A stretch of 64,000 bases of DNA. Origin: Elsinoe ampelina. Lineage: Eukaryota. The stretch covers positions 555,203-619,202 of the forward strand of contig ML992513.1 of assembly GCA_010093995.1 (NCBI GenBank). Reading direction: 5' to 3'. Position 1 is the stretch's first letter. Every line of letters begins with the position of its first letter. Position numbers and translations under genes: made by a program. The notes below the pieces were generated by a model. The model was not told where the DNA came from and did no database searches. It saw only the letters and a list, made by a program, of their open reading frames with translations. Positions 63,441-64,000 of the stretch are shown here, in pieces.

Positions 63441-64000
63441 ATGGATAGATTCACTGTTCAGCATCATGCAGAAGAGGTCCGACGTGCAGCAACAATGCCG
63501 CAAGAAAATCAATCTGAGGATGGAGACATCCCTGGCTACATCAGTGTCGAAGACTCCGACACCAGTACTAATGATATGGTCGACGACGAGGCTGGAGACG
63601 AATATGATGCTCAGCACGAGAGCTCAGACGAAGCTGATGAAGAGCTGGGATGTAAAACCGCTCACGTCGCCAACCTCACCAGACACTTCACTGGCCCTTT
63701 CCGCTTGATGGATCTTCCGATCGAAATTCGCCGACTCATCTGGCGTGCCCTTCGTGGCTGTGGAGTCAAGAAGGATGCTCAAGATGACGGATCCGTCATG
63801 TACTACCATCCCGTTGCAGTCGATATCTTTGATGACGAGGACGACAAGACAATGCGCTGTGTCAAGGCACAAAGCCACACCTGGTCCTCGACTACACTCT
63901 TCCCCCTGCTCCTGGCGAGTCGCAAGGTTCACGACGAGGTCATCCCACTCCTTTATGGTAACGTCTTGTTCAACTTCAAATGGAGCGTCTGCGACAATTA
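63441..64000 (+). CDS. F-box-like protein, running off the window end
   Basis: Open frame from ATG 63441, absent from the ORF track: acidic N-terminus, PFRLMDLPIEIRRLIW...LLLASRKVHDEVIPLLY. Confidence 0.72.
   Translation, partial: MDRFTVQHHAEEVRRAATMPQENQSEDGDIPGYISVEDSDTSTNDMVDDEAGDEYDAQHESSDEADEELGCKTAHVANLTRHFTGPFRLMDLPIEIRRLIWRALRGCGVKKDAQDDGSVMYYHPVAVDIFDDEDDKTMRCVKAQSHTWSSTTLFPLLLASRKVHDEVIPLLYGNVLFNFKWSVCDN

Overview
Gene-dense window from a filamentous ascomycete (short GT-AG introns with CTRAC branch points; Dothideomycete-like by impression only). It holds about 30 protein-coding loci. Housekeeping genes include ATP18, SPC19, SEC21, a phosducin-like gene, a SPOUT methyltransferase, Mag2/RNF10, TOK1 and fructosamine kinase. 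It also has a Ded1/Vasa-type DEAD-box helicase and an intact three-gene MAL cluster (Zn2Cys6 regulator, permease, GH13 maltase) embedded in an array of seven divergent F-box-like paralogs. The most unusual signals are non-coding. (1) The inverted element CTGGTAGT-N14-16-ACTACCAG forms a six-unit ~108-bp tandem array just upstream of the helicase and recurs 35 kb away. (2) A GTCGG-W-CCGAC palindrome occurs five times in the MAL divergent promoter. (3) A tRNA-like Pol III element lies in an 8-kb gene desert. (4) About ten C-rich to G-rich strand-skew flips occur independently of gene orientation. All family assignments come from motif recognition by eye; no searches were run, and exon boundaries are inferred.
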